From Botryllus schlosseri (Eukaryota): a DNA stretch of 64,000 nt. The stretch covers positions 18,540,001 to 18,604,000 of the forward strand of contig CM119371.1 in NCBI GenBank assembly GCA_051294905.1. The letters run 5' to 3'. The notes under the pieces were generated by a model that searched no databases, was not told where the DNA came from, and saw only the letters and a program-made list of their open reading frames with translations. A program made the translations under genes and the position numbers. Below are positions 51,795-63,813 of the stretch, piece by piece (position 1 is the stretch's first letter; each line of letters opens with the position of its first letter).

Positions 51795-53590
51795 GACGGC
51801 ACTCGGTATCATTGTTTTCGGGCTCGGGTTTAGGTTTAGGCTAGTGTTGAGAGAGACAGTTTTTATTCGGTAAAAATTACATTCAAAAATATACTACAGG
51901 CTGCAGAGATACGATCCTTAGGGATAATCCAGTCAGCTGCATCGAGGGAGTACTAAAGCGTCTTTCAAGTCGAGTCCCGCGTAAAGAATAAATTAAAACA
52001 GGGGTTAGCTTTGTGTCAGCGGTTCGGGGTTCGATTAAGTTAAAGACGTTGTGGTAGGGGGGGGGGGGGGTGAGGATTAGGCCTCCGAATTTACTGATAA
52101 CCTTTCAAAAAGTCTTTAGTACCAAGCCTCAATGCATGGCCGGAGGTAAAATTAGAAAAATATCAACTACTAGAGGTGGTTAAATTAGTCGTATTTGGTA
52201 CTCAAGTAGAAGTAGAGGCGTCGTCGTAATCTCTATAGTCAAGTACAGTAGAAGAAGCGAATTCCAATCCGGTAAATAACTAAGTATGCAAGTAAGCAAA
52301 ATGAACATGAGTAGGCTACTTTAAGTAGAAGTGAAAGTAGCCTACATATGTAAACAGTCGAGTAATTATTAGCGCAAGTAGGAAAAACATACTTGACTAC
52401 TCTGGAAAAGTAGAAATACTTGGTTACTGACCATCTCTGTCGAGGTCAGGGACAATAGCTGCTTGCTCATGGCCAGAGTTCACCCTTGAGCAACTGGCTT
52501 ACTGTTATATAACGTATAGCCTGCGAGGGTATACACTATACAGCGAGTTCGTGGTCTACGGATAGCGGCTTACAAATATACTGGAAGTGAGACGAACGTC
52601 CTGACGAATGAGTCCTTGACTAGTAGTTAAACACACGACCATCGCCTTTTCCAGATATATTGTACGAATAAATCACACATGAGTCTATCTAGTTAATATA
52701 CGATAGGCATTGGGTTATATACCATGTACGAATAGAGATCACGTGATCACGTGCATGCATCATCGGTAAATGAATTGAACAGCGGTATGAGTACAAAATG
52801 TAAGAATTTGAGTATTTAGGAAGCTGCCGGAAGTTTAAAAAAAATTGCAAAAACTTGCCCTAGTAATAATTGTAATATTCAACTGTATAGAATAGCCTAT
52901 ATGTTAACGCTTTAAGGTCGAATCCAGTAGTCAATGATATTATTTTATAAGGGGATATGACTTGCAAAAGACAAAAATCTTTTGTCGAACGCAAAATGTC
53001 AGTTAGTCTGTGATACAGATGACCACCATTTATTTACAAGGCCGCATAGGAAGTCGCGAAATTGCCGAATTGGTAGCAACAGTCAATGCTCAAAGTTTAC
53101 GAATCGATCCACTGGGATCAGCGAAACTCTGTCGCGGTAATTGTGATTACCATATATAATCGCGATATGACTTTCGCAACTATAACCGATTTAGTTGGTC
53201 GGGTGCGAAGCTGAACTACTGGTGCGGTAAACTCCGGTCGAAGATCACATTCATATTAGTGCCGCACACTGCATTCGTAGGTCATGCGATTAGCGACCAA
53301 TTCCACGTGTCCGGTGTCAATATCGGACAGGTAGTGAGTAATTGTCTTTCGAAAGAGCATTTCGGAATTCAGCAATTCACGCAGTCCTGACGGCGGGAAG
53401 GGGGTCCGATTTCTGCAACAAGAAGTCGGCAGCAGTATCACGACAACAAACGAAATGCACATTTACTAAACAAGAAAAATAATAACAATAATGCATTAAT
53501 TACAATAAAGGCGTATACAGACAATAGGAATGCAACAAGGCAGGCAACTAATCAGATCAATGACGTAATGAATCTACCAAATACAAGTAT

Positions 53591-54742
53591 TCATGGAATG
53601 GTATGACTTTTGGACACGGCAGACATAATGTGGTGTATTCTCACGTCCAATTTCGTGGCGCCGCAGATGATTTTAAATAGTATCCATGCTCGATAATCGC
53701 GAATTTTCGCGATTTGGCTATCAAGCTGATCAGCGGAGCAGCAATGACAATTAAGCCAATTAGGGAAGCACACTGCGTACGCAGACATGCAAACACAAAC
53801 ACCGCAGCTGAATGAATCCGATTGTTTGACCAAACATTTCAATTTGTACCCCCGTACATGACACCGGGTGGTGTTGTTCACGTGCGGAAATAAATGCTCG
53901 ATCACTTTCATATTGAAATCAATGGGTGAAGGGCCAAGTGAGTCATAAATCGTGATATATTCGTCATCACTGCTGACTGTCAACAAGATAAAGTGCTTTC
54001 GCCAAAGTAAAGGGTATAACAAAACAAACGAGTTTTGGGTTTGGTTAACATATTTTGGGTATAGCGAACGAAGCGACTCCCTTTTATACGATTTATTTGC
54101 CAGTATTTCTGCCGTCAAATCCGGATTGACGCAGAAAATTTGTTTTTTGGAGTTTGTCTTGGAAGCAATTAAAGCGGAATTTTCGATATATCGGTATACC
54201 ATTGTGACTGTCAACCAGCCATTGGGATCGGAAGTGGTTTTTTGCCTGCTGGGTCCGGGTCTGTTACAGGTAAAATCAGACAATGGTCTTGTGGAGAGTA
54301 TATCGGACCAACAAATGACTTTTGTGTCACATTTAACGGCTACAGTATTCATATCTTCGATATCTTCCGCTTGATGCCAGACTTTATTGGAAAGTCTAAG
54401 GCAACACCCTTCGAATGTTTGTGGTGGTAACAGCCCAGGAAAAGGTGCGTCTTTCAGATACGCAGGTATTGTGTCCGCGCATGCAACCAGCATGCTATTA
54501 GTCGATTCCTGTTCTCGAGATTCCTGCAACGCAACGACTGATGACACTGCATTTTTGTATTTCAGCCGAGATTTGTTGATTTCGCCATGATAATACGAAG
54601 TAATGATTTTTCCGGTTTTGTTCTTTTTGAATTTGGATTCAATGAGTTCCGTTCCAGTTCCAGTGTTTTCAGAGCCAATTTCATCATCGGGATTAACTAG
54701 ACCAGATAATGGACCATTAACCATGAAGCCGGATTTCTCCAT
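53591..54742 (-). CDS. Ulp1/peptidase C48-like cysteine protease (transposon-borne)
   Basis: Intronless 383-aa ORF with YPLLWRKHFILL (His), IYDSLG (Asp) and KQSDSFSCGVCVC (Gln/Cys) in C48 order. Confidence 0.75.
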   Translation of the reverse strand: MEKSGFMVNGPLSGLVNPDDEIGSENTGTGTELIESKFKKNKTGKIITSYYHGEINKSRLKYKNAVSSVVALQESREQESTNSMLVACADTIPAYLKDAPFPGLLPPQTFEGCCLRLSNKVWHQAEDIEDMNTVAVKCDTKVICWSDILSTRPLSDFTCNRPGPSRQKTTSDPNGWLTVTMVYRYIENSALIASKTNSKKQIFCVNPDLTAEILANKSYKRESLRSLYPKYVNQTQNSFVLLYPLLWRKHFILLTVSSDDEYITIYDSLGPSPIDFNMKVIEHLFPHVNNTTRCHVRGYKLKCLVKQSDSFSCGVCVCMSAYAVCFPNWLNCHCCSADQLDSQIAKIRDYRAWILFKIICGATKLDVRIHHIMSAVSKSHTIP

Positions 54743-55590
54743 AGAACTGCTTCTGTATTACATTGACAGCAGCTGTATAAAGCTTAACAAAATGGGAAAG
54801 GTCATTGGCACGAGAATTTTCGAGTATAACTCTTTTCAAATATCCGAAATGCTGCTCGATACAACCTTGTGTTCTGTTATTTTTCGACTCGTTTTGACAT
54901 TCAAGACCGCGGATCTTTGCAAATCTCGACGAGAAAGTATTAAAGAGCTCTTGTTGTTCCAATGTCGTTTGACCATCCGCTCGGCAATGGCGAGACAAAT
55001 CACCCAGCATCAATTTGGAGGTCGTGGATATTTTACTCAAAATAACACTTATTACTTTGTCGCAAAATGTTTCGCTGTAGTACACGTTATAGTCAGGGAG
55101 TCCATTACTGTCCTTGTGTTTCAAGCAATCTTCTGATTTCCGGAATTGATTTGCCATATCCTCATATCGTTTCAAAAATGGGGATTTCTTTTCATGGCGT
55201 TTATCGCATGACTTGATGTCGATTAGATGAACGTCAGTTGAGTCCTCACTGTTGAATCGATCTGTTGTGATATCATCACTGCCAATGCCATCACAGCTAA
55301 CATTGAACGATTTCAAGTTGTTGAAATGATATTCCACCAAATTGGATGCTCTCTGGCAGTTTGTCACAACAATAAAACTCATGACCAGCTGGTCCAAGGC
55401 CTCGAGCGTATCCGCATTGAAGAATCTCGAAATCCAAGTCATCGCTGCAACTTTTTGGGCTGGATAATATTTCAATACAAAATGTTTCGCTGCCTTCATC
55501 GAATGACTCAAGCAATTCAGCACGATGCAAAGGTCCAAATCACCAGAGCAGCTTATCTTGAAGTCATTATGGAAAAATCGTTGCGTAGGC
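54717..55590 (-). pseudogene. MULE/NOF-like DDE transposase, C-terminal part, 5'-truncated
   Basis: CLSH (CxxH motif) and RTQGCIEQHFGYLK (TNxxxExxFxxLK-type catalytic Glu motif). The frame stays open up to the 55598 insertion; the N-terminal part is not found beyond it. Confidence 0.6.
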
Positions 55591-55597
55591 TTATATC

Positions 55598-57466
55598 CAG
55601 GGTTGCCATCGACATGGGCCCAAAAATAAGGACAGTCGAAAAATTAGATTAGCATGAAAAAGCATTTTTGTACATACTCTGTATTTATACGAGCCGCGGC
55701 ATGTCACATTACATACTTTTCGCCAGAAACAATCTGCTCCAGCAACTCCTTGATATTGGAAAGTGCTTCATGGATCTCACGACAGCTCAGGTCTAGGTTT
55801 ACCTTTACTCAGGGCCGAAACAGCACTTCGTCAGTCCCCTTCCCCCCCCCCCCAAAAAAAAAAAACAAAGTTGGTCTTGGGCGTCCCCATAGGGATATAA
55901 AACGGCGCTTCTTCGATATACCCCCCGAGATCAAAATTTAAAAACGGAAAAATAAATTCTTTTCGTGTCTGGGATTGGTGTGGGATTCAAGTTGTGGGTG
56001 CTGCATATTACGGTTGTAAGTGGGTTAGAGCTAGGGTTTTGGTTAGAGCATCCCAATATTAGGGTTGTGGGTGGGAGATATTAGGGTTGTGGGTGCGGGA
56101 TATTAGGATTGTGAGTGGGAGATATTAGGGTTAGAAAATGGCGGATGTTAGGGTTACGGCTTTCGGACGTTGGTTCGGGGATTTTGTCACATCTAACCCT
56201 AATATCCCTCGCACCCAACCCTATAGTATACGTCATTCACACAACCCTAATATCTGTCATCCCCTAACCCTAATATATTTTACCCGCAACCCTAATATTG
56301 GGATGACCTAACCCCAACCATAACCCTTACCCACTGTCAACCCCAATATTTCGTACCCAACATGAAAAAAGAATTTAATTTTCCGTTCATAAATTTTGAT
56401 CTCGGGGGTATATCGAAGAAGCACCTGTAAACCAAATTTCAGGACCTCGTTGTGATTAGAGGCGTCAACGAAGATGGAAAAAGGTCGTAGGCTACACCAA
56501 GTCTAGACAAAATCATTTTTGAGCGTATGGAGCAAGAATTCCAGTAACATTGCTTGTAGTCTTAGTCCTGGCCGAAGAAAACTTATTTGCGATGTTGGAA
56601 TCGGGAAATATCGCTTTGAACAATTGCGATGTGCAATCGATGGTGAGGAATGATTGCTGGTGTTTGACATTATGGAATGCCCATGTACCCTCAGCAGCAG
56701 CAGCCTAGTAGTCTGTGGTCGTTCGTGCTGATCCACTGGCTCAAATTAATCATTATGACACACTTCTTGTGTTTTGGGATATCAATGTGAGTTGAAATAG
56801 CGGTCTTTTGTACGGCCTCCAAGTTAGTGTCACAATTGCAGATATTGCAATGTGCGAAACATTGGTCCTTCAAGCTTTTTACGCCTGCTCATTCTTACTA
56901 ATCAGATTTAGCCTTGTTAGTAGCTAAAACTATATGCGCAAGTGCAATATAATTTAGATAAATTTATCAATGAATTATAGCTTTACTACTTTTTAACCAA
57001 TGTGTCGACTGCACTGCGCCTTTTTTCACTACGCAATAAATGCTGCCTTCCCCACAGCTTGAGCTTATTCTGCTGCAGACTAAACAGCAGAAACCTGGTA
57101 CTGCTGTTTACTGCTAATATGACGTCCGCTGCGGTAGCTTGGTGCAGACAAAACTGCTAAGCTACCACTCACTGCCCTAACTATCTCACCACTTAGAAGA
57201 CAAATCTTGTTGTGTGTACGTCACGAGAGTTCCTTTCATTTATGATGTCATAAGATCTCAACGCAAAAGCATAATTTGAGAATATTATGCAACACAGATA
57301 CCAAAGGAAAACGATCGAAGTTCTGTAGTGGTTGAAAATAAGACAAAATAAGGACGCAAGTCGAAAATAAGGACATCTCTTAGAAATAAGGACAGTTGAG
57401 TTTTCTAAGACGTTGCCCTTCAAAATAAGGACAAATCTTAGAAATAAGGACGGTATGGCAACCCTG
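55598..57466 (-). mobile_element. hAT (Blackjack-like) deletion derivative with transposase N-terminal remnant
   Basis: CAGGGTTGCCA...TGGCAACCCTG; perfect TSD CTTATATC; AAATAAGGAC repeats. Minus strand ~56480-56870 encodes BED-like AHCNICN...THIDIPKH and AAEGTWAFH...IFPDSNIANKFSSARTK. Confidence 0.85.
55904..56425. mobile_element. Foldback MITE with TTAGGG-containing internal repeats
   Basis: GGCGCTTCTTCGATATACCCCC...GGGGGTATATCGAAGAAGCACC; ATATTAGGGTT repeats on the left arm, AACCCTAATAT on the right. Confidence 0.85.
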
Positions 57467-58049
57467 CTTATATCACAGGAGAAAATGGATTTTTTTTAAA
57501 TTTCGAAGTCACCATGATTGACCTTGCTCATTCAATTTTTTTTTACAATCCCCAACAAAACATCTCTAAACAGCAAATTTTTTGTATCAGTAGGCGATTG
57601 ATAGCAATTTAGCAATAAATATGAGTCTGCACAGTAGGATATTTCATCTCAGATGACGACTCTGTGGATAATGAGCTCTGGAGTTTTACTAGTAAGGAAG
57701 CAAAACTGCATCGTGATTTTCCGAATTAAGAAATAATACAAATTAATTTATCAACTACTTCCAGGCTTCGCGGACCCCCGGTTGAGAACCGCTGACTTGG
57801 ATACAGTAAATTAGCACTAAAGAACAGCTGCGGCAGGTATTTTTGGAGCTGGGCCGGTAAGATGACCTTTTTTGTCAACCGACCACGAAGTGGGAAAACT
57901 TTACCATTTTTTAGGATTTTCCTCCGGTTTTGCAAGTCTGAAAATTTTGAAAAAGTGTCCTCTTTTCAGATTTCCAAAATATGATACCCCTACTATAACA
58001 TGCGATGTGTCCAAGAATTTCACACGACACGTAAGTAGTGTATATGATC

Positions 58050-58610
58050 GGTCGTGACTTGGTGTTTTTTGCATGGGGCCCTTATGGGCCCGCTGGTGAC
58101 CTGCCGCGAAACTCGTATTGGTGACCCCACCCTTTTACACCCCCTATCGCTCGTGACCTGCCATTGTTTCTTATGGGATCTCTGGTGACCCCACCCTTTC
58201 AGGTATAGGGCTCGCTCATGACCTGCCGTGAAAACTCGTATTGGTGACTCCACCCTTTTCGAGTCCCTATCGCTGATGACCTGCCGTCTCGTCGGTGATA
58301 CCACCCTTTCAGGTATACGCTGTATCGATGACCTGCCTGATAACGTTACGGGTATAGGGATCTCTGATGAAGTGGTGTTGAATAAGTATAGTAAACAGTG
58401 ACGCCATTACTTAGTATGTATATTCAAAAATATTATATATGACCGATTCGAGGTAATCCCAACGTTTACGGTGAGTGCGACAATGATATATCGTTATTCT
58501 TATGGGTTCGACGGGGATTCGTACTTTCGGGTATAGACCGCGGTGACATGGTAACGTAGCTGATATAGACGCGACATGATAACGTTACAGGTATAGGGAT
58601 CGCTCACACG
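58050..58610. repeat. Degenerate tandem repeat (~55-60-bp units)
   Basis: Recurring TGACCTGCC, GGTGACCCCACCCTTT and GGTATAGGGATC motifs. Confidence 0.75.
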
Positions 58611-58926
58611 GTTTCACATGAAGACGCCGTAGTTTAGTCGTGACAAATGACCGATCGTGTTCTAATTCAAGTCTTTCCTCGCTAGCTATTGATTCCTACG
58701 TAACCTGAATAGTACGCCGAGATTCAGATCGGATTATTGCACCTTCCATACCGCTGTTTCGCACCTACAGAATAGTCTGCTGTTCACAGTCACAACTTCA
58801 TCGCGATAGCACAATTTTCACACCTCGATCAGTAGAACAACACCGCACTAACCCAGTTGTCGAATCACATAGGTCATACATTTTACGCGAAATGAAATAT
58901 TGTATTGTGGTATACAAATATGCAAA

Positions 58927-59537
58927 CTATTCTTTCAATTCAACAAGTCTAGTTAACGAATCGATTTTCAAGCTGCCGACACAGTTTTTAACACGAGTGA
59001 GTTGATATTTCTTCCCGGGTACGAGCGAGGCTTTGTTCCATTGATCCAAAACCACCTCACCAGTATCATCCTTCAATGTAAAACTGTATAATTTCAACTC
59101 CTTTCCGGTGCCGGAATTGACCGTCTTCTCCTCTCGAGAAACACACGTAGCGGTGATCGAAACGTATTCAGCTTTATGTCCGTATACCAATTCACAGGTC
59201 AATAATGGGTATTCTTCAGTCGTATGGCTCGATTTTCCATGTAGGGTTACTGACGAAGCCCGACCCAGTAATACAGTAGGTTTTCCAGTAAATTTATCAA
59301 TTTGGACCCAACCGGATTTGACCACGAGTTTTTTCGTTTGTTGAATGCTTTCTCAATGTTCCCGAATAATTCACGATTGAAACACGTGAAAGATATCTCT
59401 TCATTATTACCGTCGATGAATATACCTTTGAGATATTGACAAACGCCGCCTCTGTTGGGTGATGAAACGAATTTGACACCGACATGAAAATTTGAAATTG
59501 CTCCGACTTGCATATTGCTGACACTGTTCGATGCCAT
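58927..59537 (-). CDS. Intronless tandem OB-fold (RPA/SSB-like) protein, split by a -1 frameshift at ~59330
   Basis: ORF 59247-59567 (ATG 59537; IFIDGNNEEISFTCFN) joins ORF 58927-59325 (FTLKDDTGEVVLDQWN...GKKYQLTRV); both resemble RPA-type OB motifs. Confidence 0.6.
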
Positions 59538-61142
59538 ATCGTTTTGTAAAGTGAGAGTCATCAACAAGGTTTGAAACCTTACAACTCGATCAGTGATTTT
59601 TTATTCAACTGTAAAATAAGTTAATATTCTGTAAGACACAACAATTATTGCTCGGGTAATGTGACATTGAGATTACCAAATTGTATATTGAGCATACGAG
59701 ATTTGAATGTTTGACTAGTGATAGACTGAAAAATATCTCGCAAGAGAATCCATGTGTTATAATGCAGGCTATCGTTATACAAACAAATTCAATACGGAAT
59801 ACCTATTAACCAATTGGTCCACAACCCGAGATTCGAGTGTTCGATCAGTGCTCCATAAAAATTATTTTCATGCATACCAACTCTTGCGCTGTGGTGGAGG
59901 GTGTTATGATATAAGCAAAGTTTTAATAAACACCAATATCAGCACCCTGATTGAGAAAAAACTTGATTCGTATGTATGAAAAGTGTTTGATTGGGAATTT
60001 ATCTATTTCTCACGCTCTGGGTTCGGGGCCAATAATAGGGATTAAATTGGGGCGGGCGGCATCCTCAGGATTGTCTCTTTATTGTATTCGCGGACTCCTT
60101 TTACCAGAACGGACCCATCTTAGAACCTCGAAACTTACAATATCACAACTTAAGTCTACGACAAATAGTCACAAGTCAACGGAGCCGGGTAGCCTATTCC
60201 TCGACGGTGTACGAAGGGTGACGACACGCAACGGATGCCGCACGAGACAACTATTTACATCGTACCGAAGGCGTAACGATATTTATGTAGCGATAAATAT
60301 TACTCAAGTAAAATAGTTTTATTGCCGCCGACTCTGACGATTAGCTTAATATCTTACAGCCAATTTCAAAATTTATCAATTAGCTTGTGTCATTGATGAA
60401 ATTATTGATAGCTTGTTGTTAAAAAACACCTTCGTTATTACAAGTACCGTACCATGATTATAATAAAGTATATAAATTATTCTTATAAAGTAAAAACCAA
60501 AGCTTAAACTTTTTGGATGTTTATTTCTAATAATTTAGTCCATACATTACTGGAAAATAATATAGTTGGATAAACTTTATGATGATGTAATTGGATTAAC
60601 TCGATATTCTCATAGCGCATAAACTGTACAATGGTTGACTAAACTCTGCAAACTAGCATGATTTAGTCTTATGTTATTGGCATATACGTGGATGTGTTGG
60701 TACTGGAGCAGTTTCTTGCTTGAGTATATATGCCACGTATCATCATTTTATCCGACTTATGGAAATATTGAAATCGTCCGACACCAAAACACATTGGATG
60801 TTGATTAGAATGAATAATAATTTTATTTTCTGATCATGAATTCACGATAATTCACATATGCTACAGGTGATAAGAGGATGTATCATCAATCAATACTTAT
60901 GGACCATGATCAAGTTGAAATTCCTTATGTTGAGTAGTGGTCAATAGTCACATTCTTTATGACTGGTTGCAAAGAGTCCATTTGAGAGGAATCACGGAAA
61001 TGCTATTTTAATCTCAGAACATTTCGCTAATCTATTATGACGTGACTGGCTAATCAACATTTCTCTGTTATAAGTTTGTAATGTTTGTCTTCATCGCCGA
61101 TTAATTCTTGTCGTAAATTGTCAGTTTCCCATATTCGTTTAG

Positions 61143-62371
61143 CGCCAATATCTCGACATCAGTTATAATTGTCTATGGGTGAAGAGTGTATGGCTGCACT
61201 GCCGCCCTTATTTTGTAAAGACAAAGCAGTTAGCCTTGTGATGAAAGGGTGCGACCTTACACCCGATGAAATTCATGCTTTTGAATGTTTTGGTGAAATC
61301 GAGGTAGCCATTCGTTTCCACAATTTTGTGTGTCGTTTTCAGAATAATTTGCTGTATTTTGTAGGTTGATAAACTCGATCTAAGTTACAATACGGATTTG
61401 GAACCGGTAGGATTGCAAGAAATCGGACGCTTCGCGAAAAGGCATAACACGAAGGCAGTTCGACTCTCAGCTTGCGAATAAGATGATCACTGAACAGTCA
61501 TTAACTTCGTTAAATAATGGTCTCGGAAATCATGAGGTGATCCATTTTAGCTAGATCTATTTTGTTTTCTTGCAAGTTAAATAAACAAGCATAGTGTACT
61601 ACTAATATGAGTTCCAATCAAGGTCAGGCATAGCATTTCAATTAGCGAGCAAATTTACCATCAATAAGGCATTCGTGATCACGTCTGCTGATAAAAAGTG
61701 TCATATTGCTAATGAGCGGAAGGTTTTCTATGGCTCATTCATATTAATGGTAGTTTCGGCAGTTTCTTCAAGTCCTATCGACGTTTATCAATTTCTGTAT
61801 TACACCAGTTTTACGATGAGGCGCAGAAATTGATAATATTGCTCTGTCGTCGATAAATATCATTGTTACAGCAACTGAGCTGTTTGTAGCGTCGTAAAAT
61901 ATTTGATCATCACACTGTGTTTAAGCTGCATTCGCTGGATTTGAGTAGAAATCCTGACATTTCCTCCTGCTACAAAACAGTAACTGAAATCCTGCATAAA
62001 ACCCGCGTTGAAGAATTCAACCTGAGTAATTGCAAGATGCTTTCATTGCAAATCAGGAATTTTACCGAAGAGATGGGGAAGCGATGCGCTACAGTAAGTT
62101 ATTTCCTGCTCTCTCGTGGTTCTCAATAAAGCAATGTAGTTCAGATTTCGTTTATGAAATTGATCTAAACCGCCTAATAATCAATTATTCAATGAACAGC
62201 TAAAGGTATTCGACCTCAGTGACAGCGATAGAACAAGAATCGACGAGGAATATGTGACTACCATTCAGAGCTTCGTGAAATATCATCCTGAATGTCGCCA
62301 ACACAAACCGATCTTACCGCGCTTGAATGGCGTAGACAGGAACACTTTAAGGAAACAATTGCATTCGTCCG
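61143..62371 (+). pseudogene. RI-type leucine-rich-repeat exons (NLR-like C-terminus), apparently disrupted
   Basis: AG/GT-bounded exons 61143-61303, 61365-61536, 61926-62093 and 62200-62371 start with LDISYN, LDLSYN, LDLSRN and FDLSDS; frameshift in exon 1, stop/frameshift in exon 2. Confidence 0.65.
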
Positions 62372-62933
62372 GTAAGACGATATTTCCGCGTAAACACGCA
62401 TCTATACATTGGGATTTGGCCCCCTTATTCCTTCACTTCATATTACTTATCGTGTTCGCTACGTCTTGGTAAAAGTGTAGGTAATTACATAACACTACAG
62501 GTTAACCCAGGTAAATGTAACTTGGCTCACTTGCATGTATTGAAGTTTAGAATCCCCGTGAAATTAATCACTGAGCAAAGTATTCTTCGTAAATAACAAC
62601 AAAATAGCAACATTTATATCTGATCCATATACACAATATTTATAGAACACGATATTTGGTCGTGGAGAACCAACGATATTTGGCATAGAAAGATGGATAA
62701 TTTTGAGCTGTCATAAGTCCCTGTCGCAACTATGGTCGGAATTGGGTCGAATATGACCTGCGGCGTTTTCTAGGTAACCTAACAATTCCCTTACGCAGCT
62801 GGATAAATTTGAAGAATAGAAATGTTCCAGATAAAGACGGTTTTATGGATTAATCTTTCATGTAATCTCAGAAGAAACTGCATCCGTCCTGCAGTATTTA
62901 TTGATGTAATGAAACGGCGAAGAAATATATTAT

Positions 62934-63813
62934 TTAAAAAATATTACATGATGTATGGCAAAGGAGTATCCATGATCTTGTTATTGCCATTGCAATAGAC
63001 GTCAGTCCAATTCCGACAAACATGAGCCTCTTCCAAACTTTGCTATCATCGAAAGCTGCGTTATCAAAAAATCCTACAAAACTGTCCTGAAACAAAAAAA
63101 AATGTAAGGGTTCCTAATCTTGCAGAGGAAAGTCACCGTACTTGCTAGGTAATTCAAAGCTCGGAGCGCTTGGTCTGTAAATTTCTGTGCCTTATGACAA
63201 AATGTGAATTGAAAACCGAATTGTGAAGTGCAAGCTAAGTTTCATTATCGATAGATGGTATTGGCTCTCGAGAGCAGATACACAGTACCTCAAGCTAAAC
63301 GATAATTCCCAAATCCTTATCAGGGCATGCAAAATCGCTTACTCATCCTCCATTTTCCCCTATCCACTTTCGTCTTCTTCTACCGATGTAATTCCCGACT
63401 GACTGTATGATACCTTCTATATTATCACCGTGATGCTCTTCCTCGTTTTTGCGAGCAAGAATGCTACCCAGCACAAACACAGATACAATCCGACCCCAAT
63501 TTTCTTGGGTATCTTTAAAAATTTCATCAGCTATCATCAGAAACATCCGCTCATCCGCAGAATATTTTTCATATTTTTCATCGACTTCAACAATAGTGTA
63601 TCGGAGACGTTTAGAGATTGCGTTTACGACAGTTCGATGTCGCTCGAACATTTCATCACCAACTCGCCGTAAGGTTGCCTCCGCATTCGTATTTGCTTTA
63701 ACGCTTGGTCCGTCTAGTTCGTACATGATAAAATTCCTGGCCAAGGAATATGCCCCGGATATAATATCATCCTTTTCTTCAGTGACCGATGGTGAAACTC
63801 GTAATAATTCCAT
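62934..63813 (-). CDS. Bcl-2 family (Mcl-1-like) gene, two exons (63813-63343, 63086-62934), with in-frame TGA at the BH2 Trp
   Basis: BH3 LRRVGDEM, BH1 NWGRIVSVF, BH2 GG[TGA]|DSFVGFF across a GTAAGC...TTTCAG intron, then hydrophobic tail LMFVGIGLTSIAMAI; start context AACCATGG. Confidence 0.85.

Noticed and set aside
53952..55136. Plus-strand ORFs of 140 and 177 aa
   Set aside because: Antisense to the protease/transposase ORFs; no motifs.
55990..56350. Telomere or telomere fusion
   Set aside because: TTAGGG occurs singly inside longer units bounded by transposon TIRs.
58050..58610. CRISPR-like array near the OB-fold gene
   Set aside because: Degenerate tandem units with related intervening sequence, not constant repeats with unique spacers.
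63343..63345. Selenocysteine or alternative genetic code explanation for the TGA
   Set aside because: The position requires Trp rather than Cys/Sec, no SECIS was recognised, and the gene is spliced nuclear DNA; other ORFs here appear to end at TGA.
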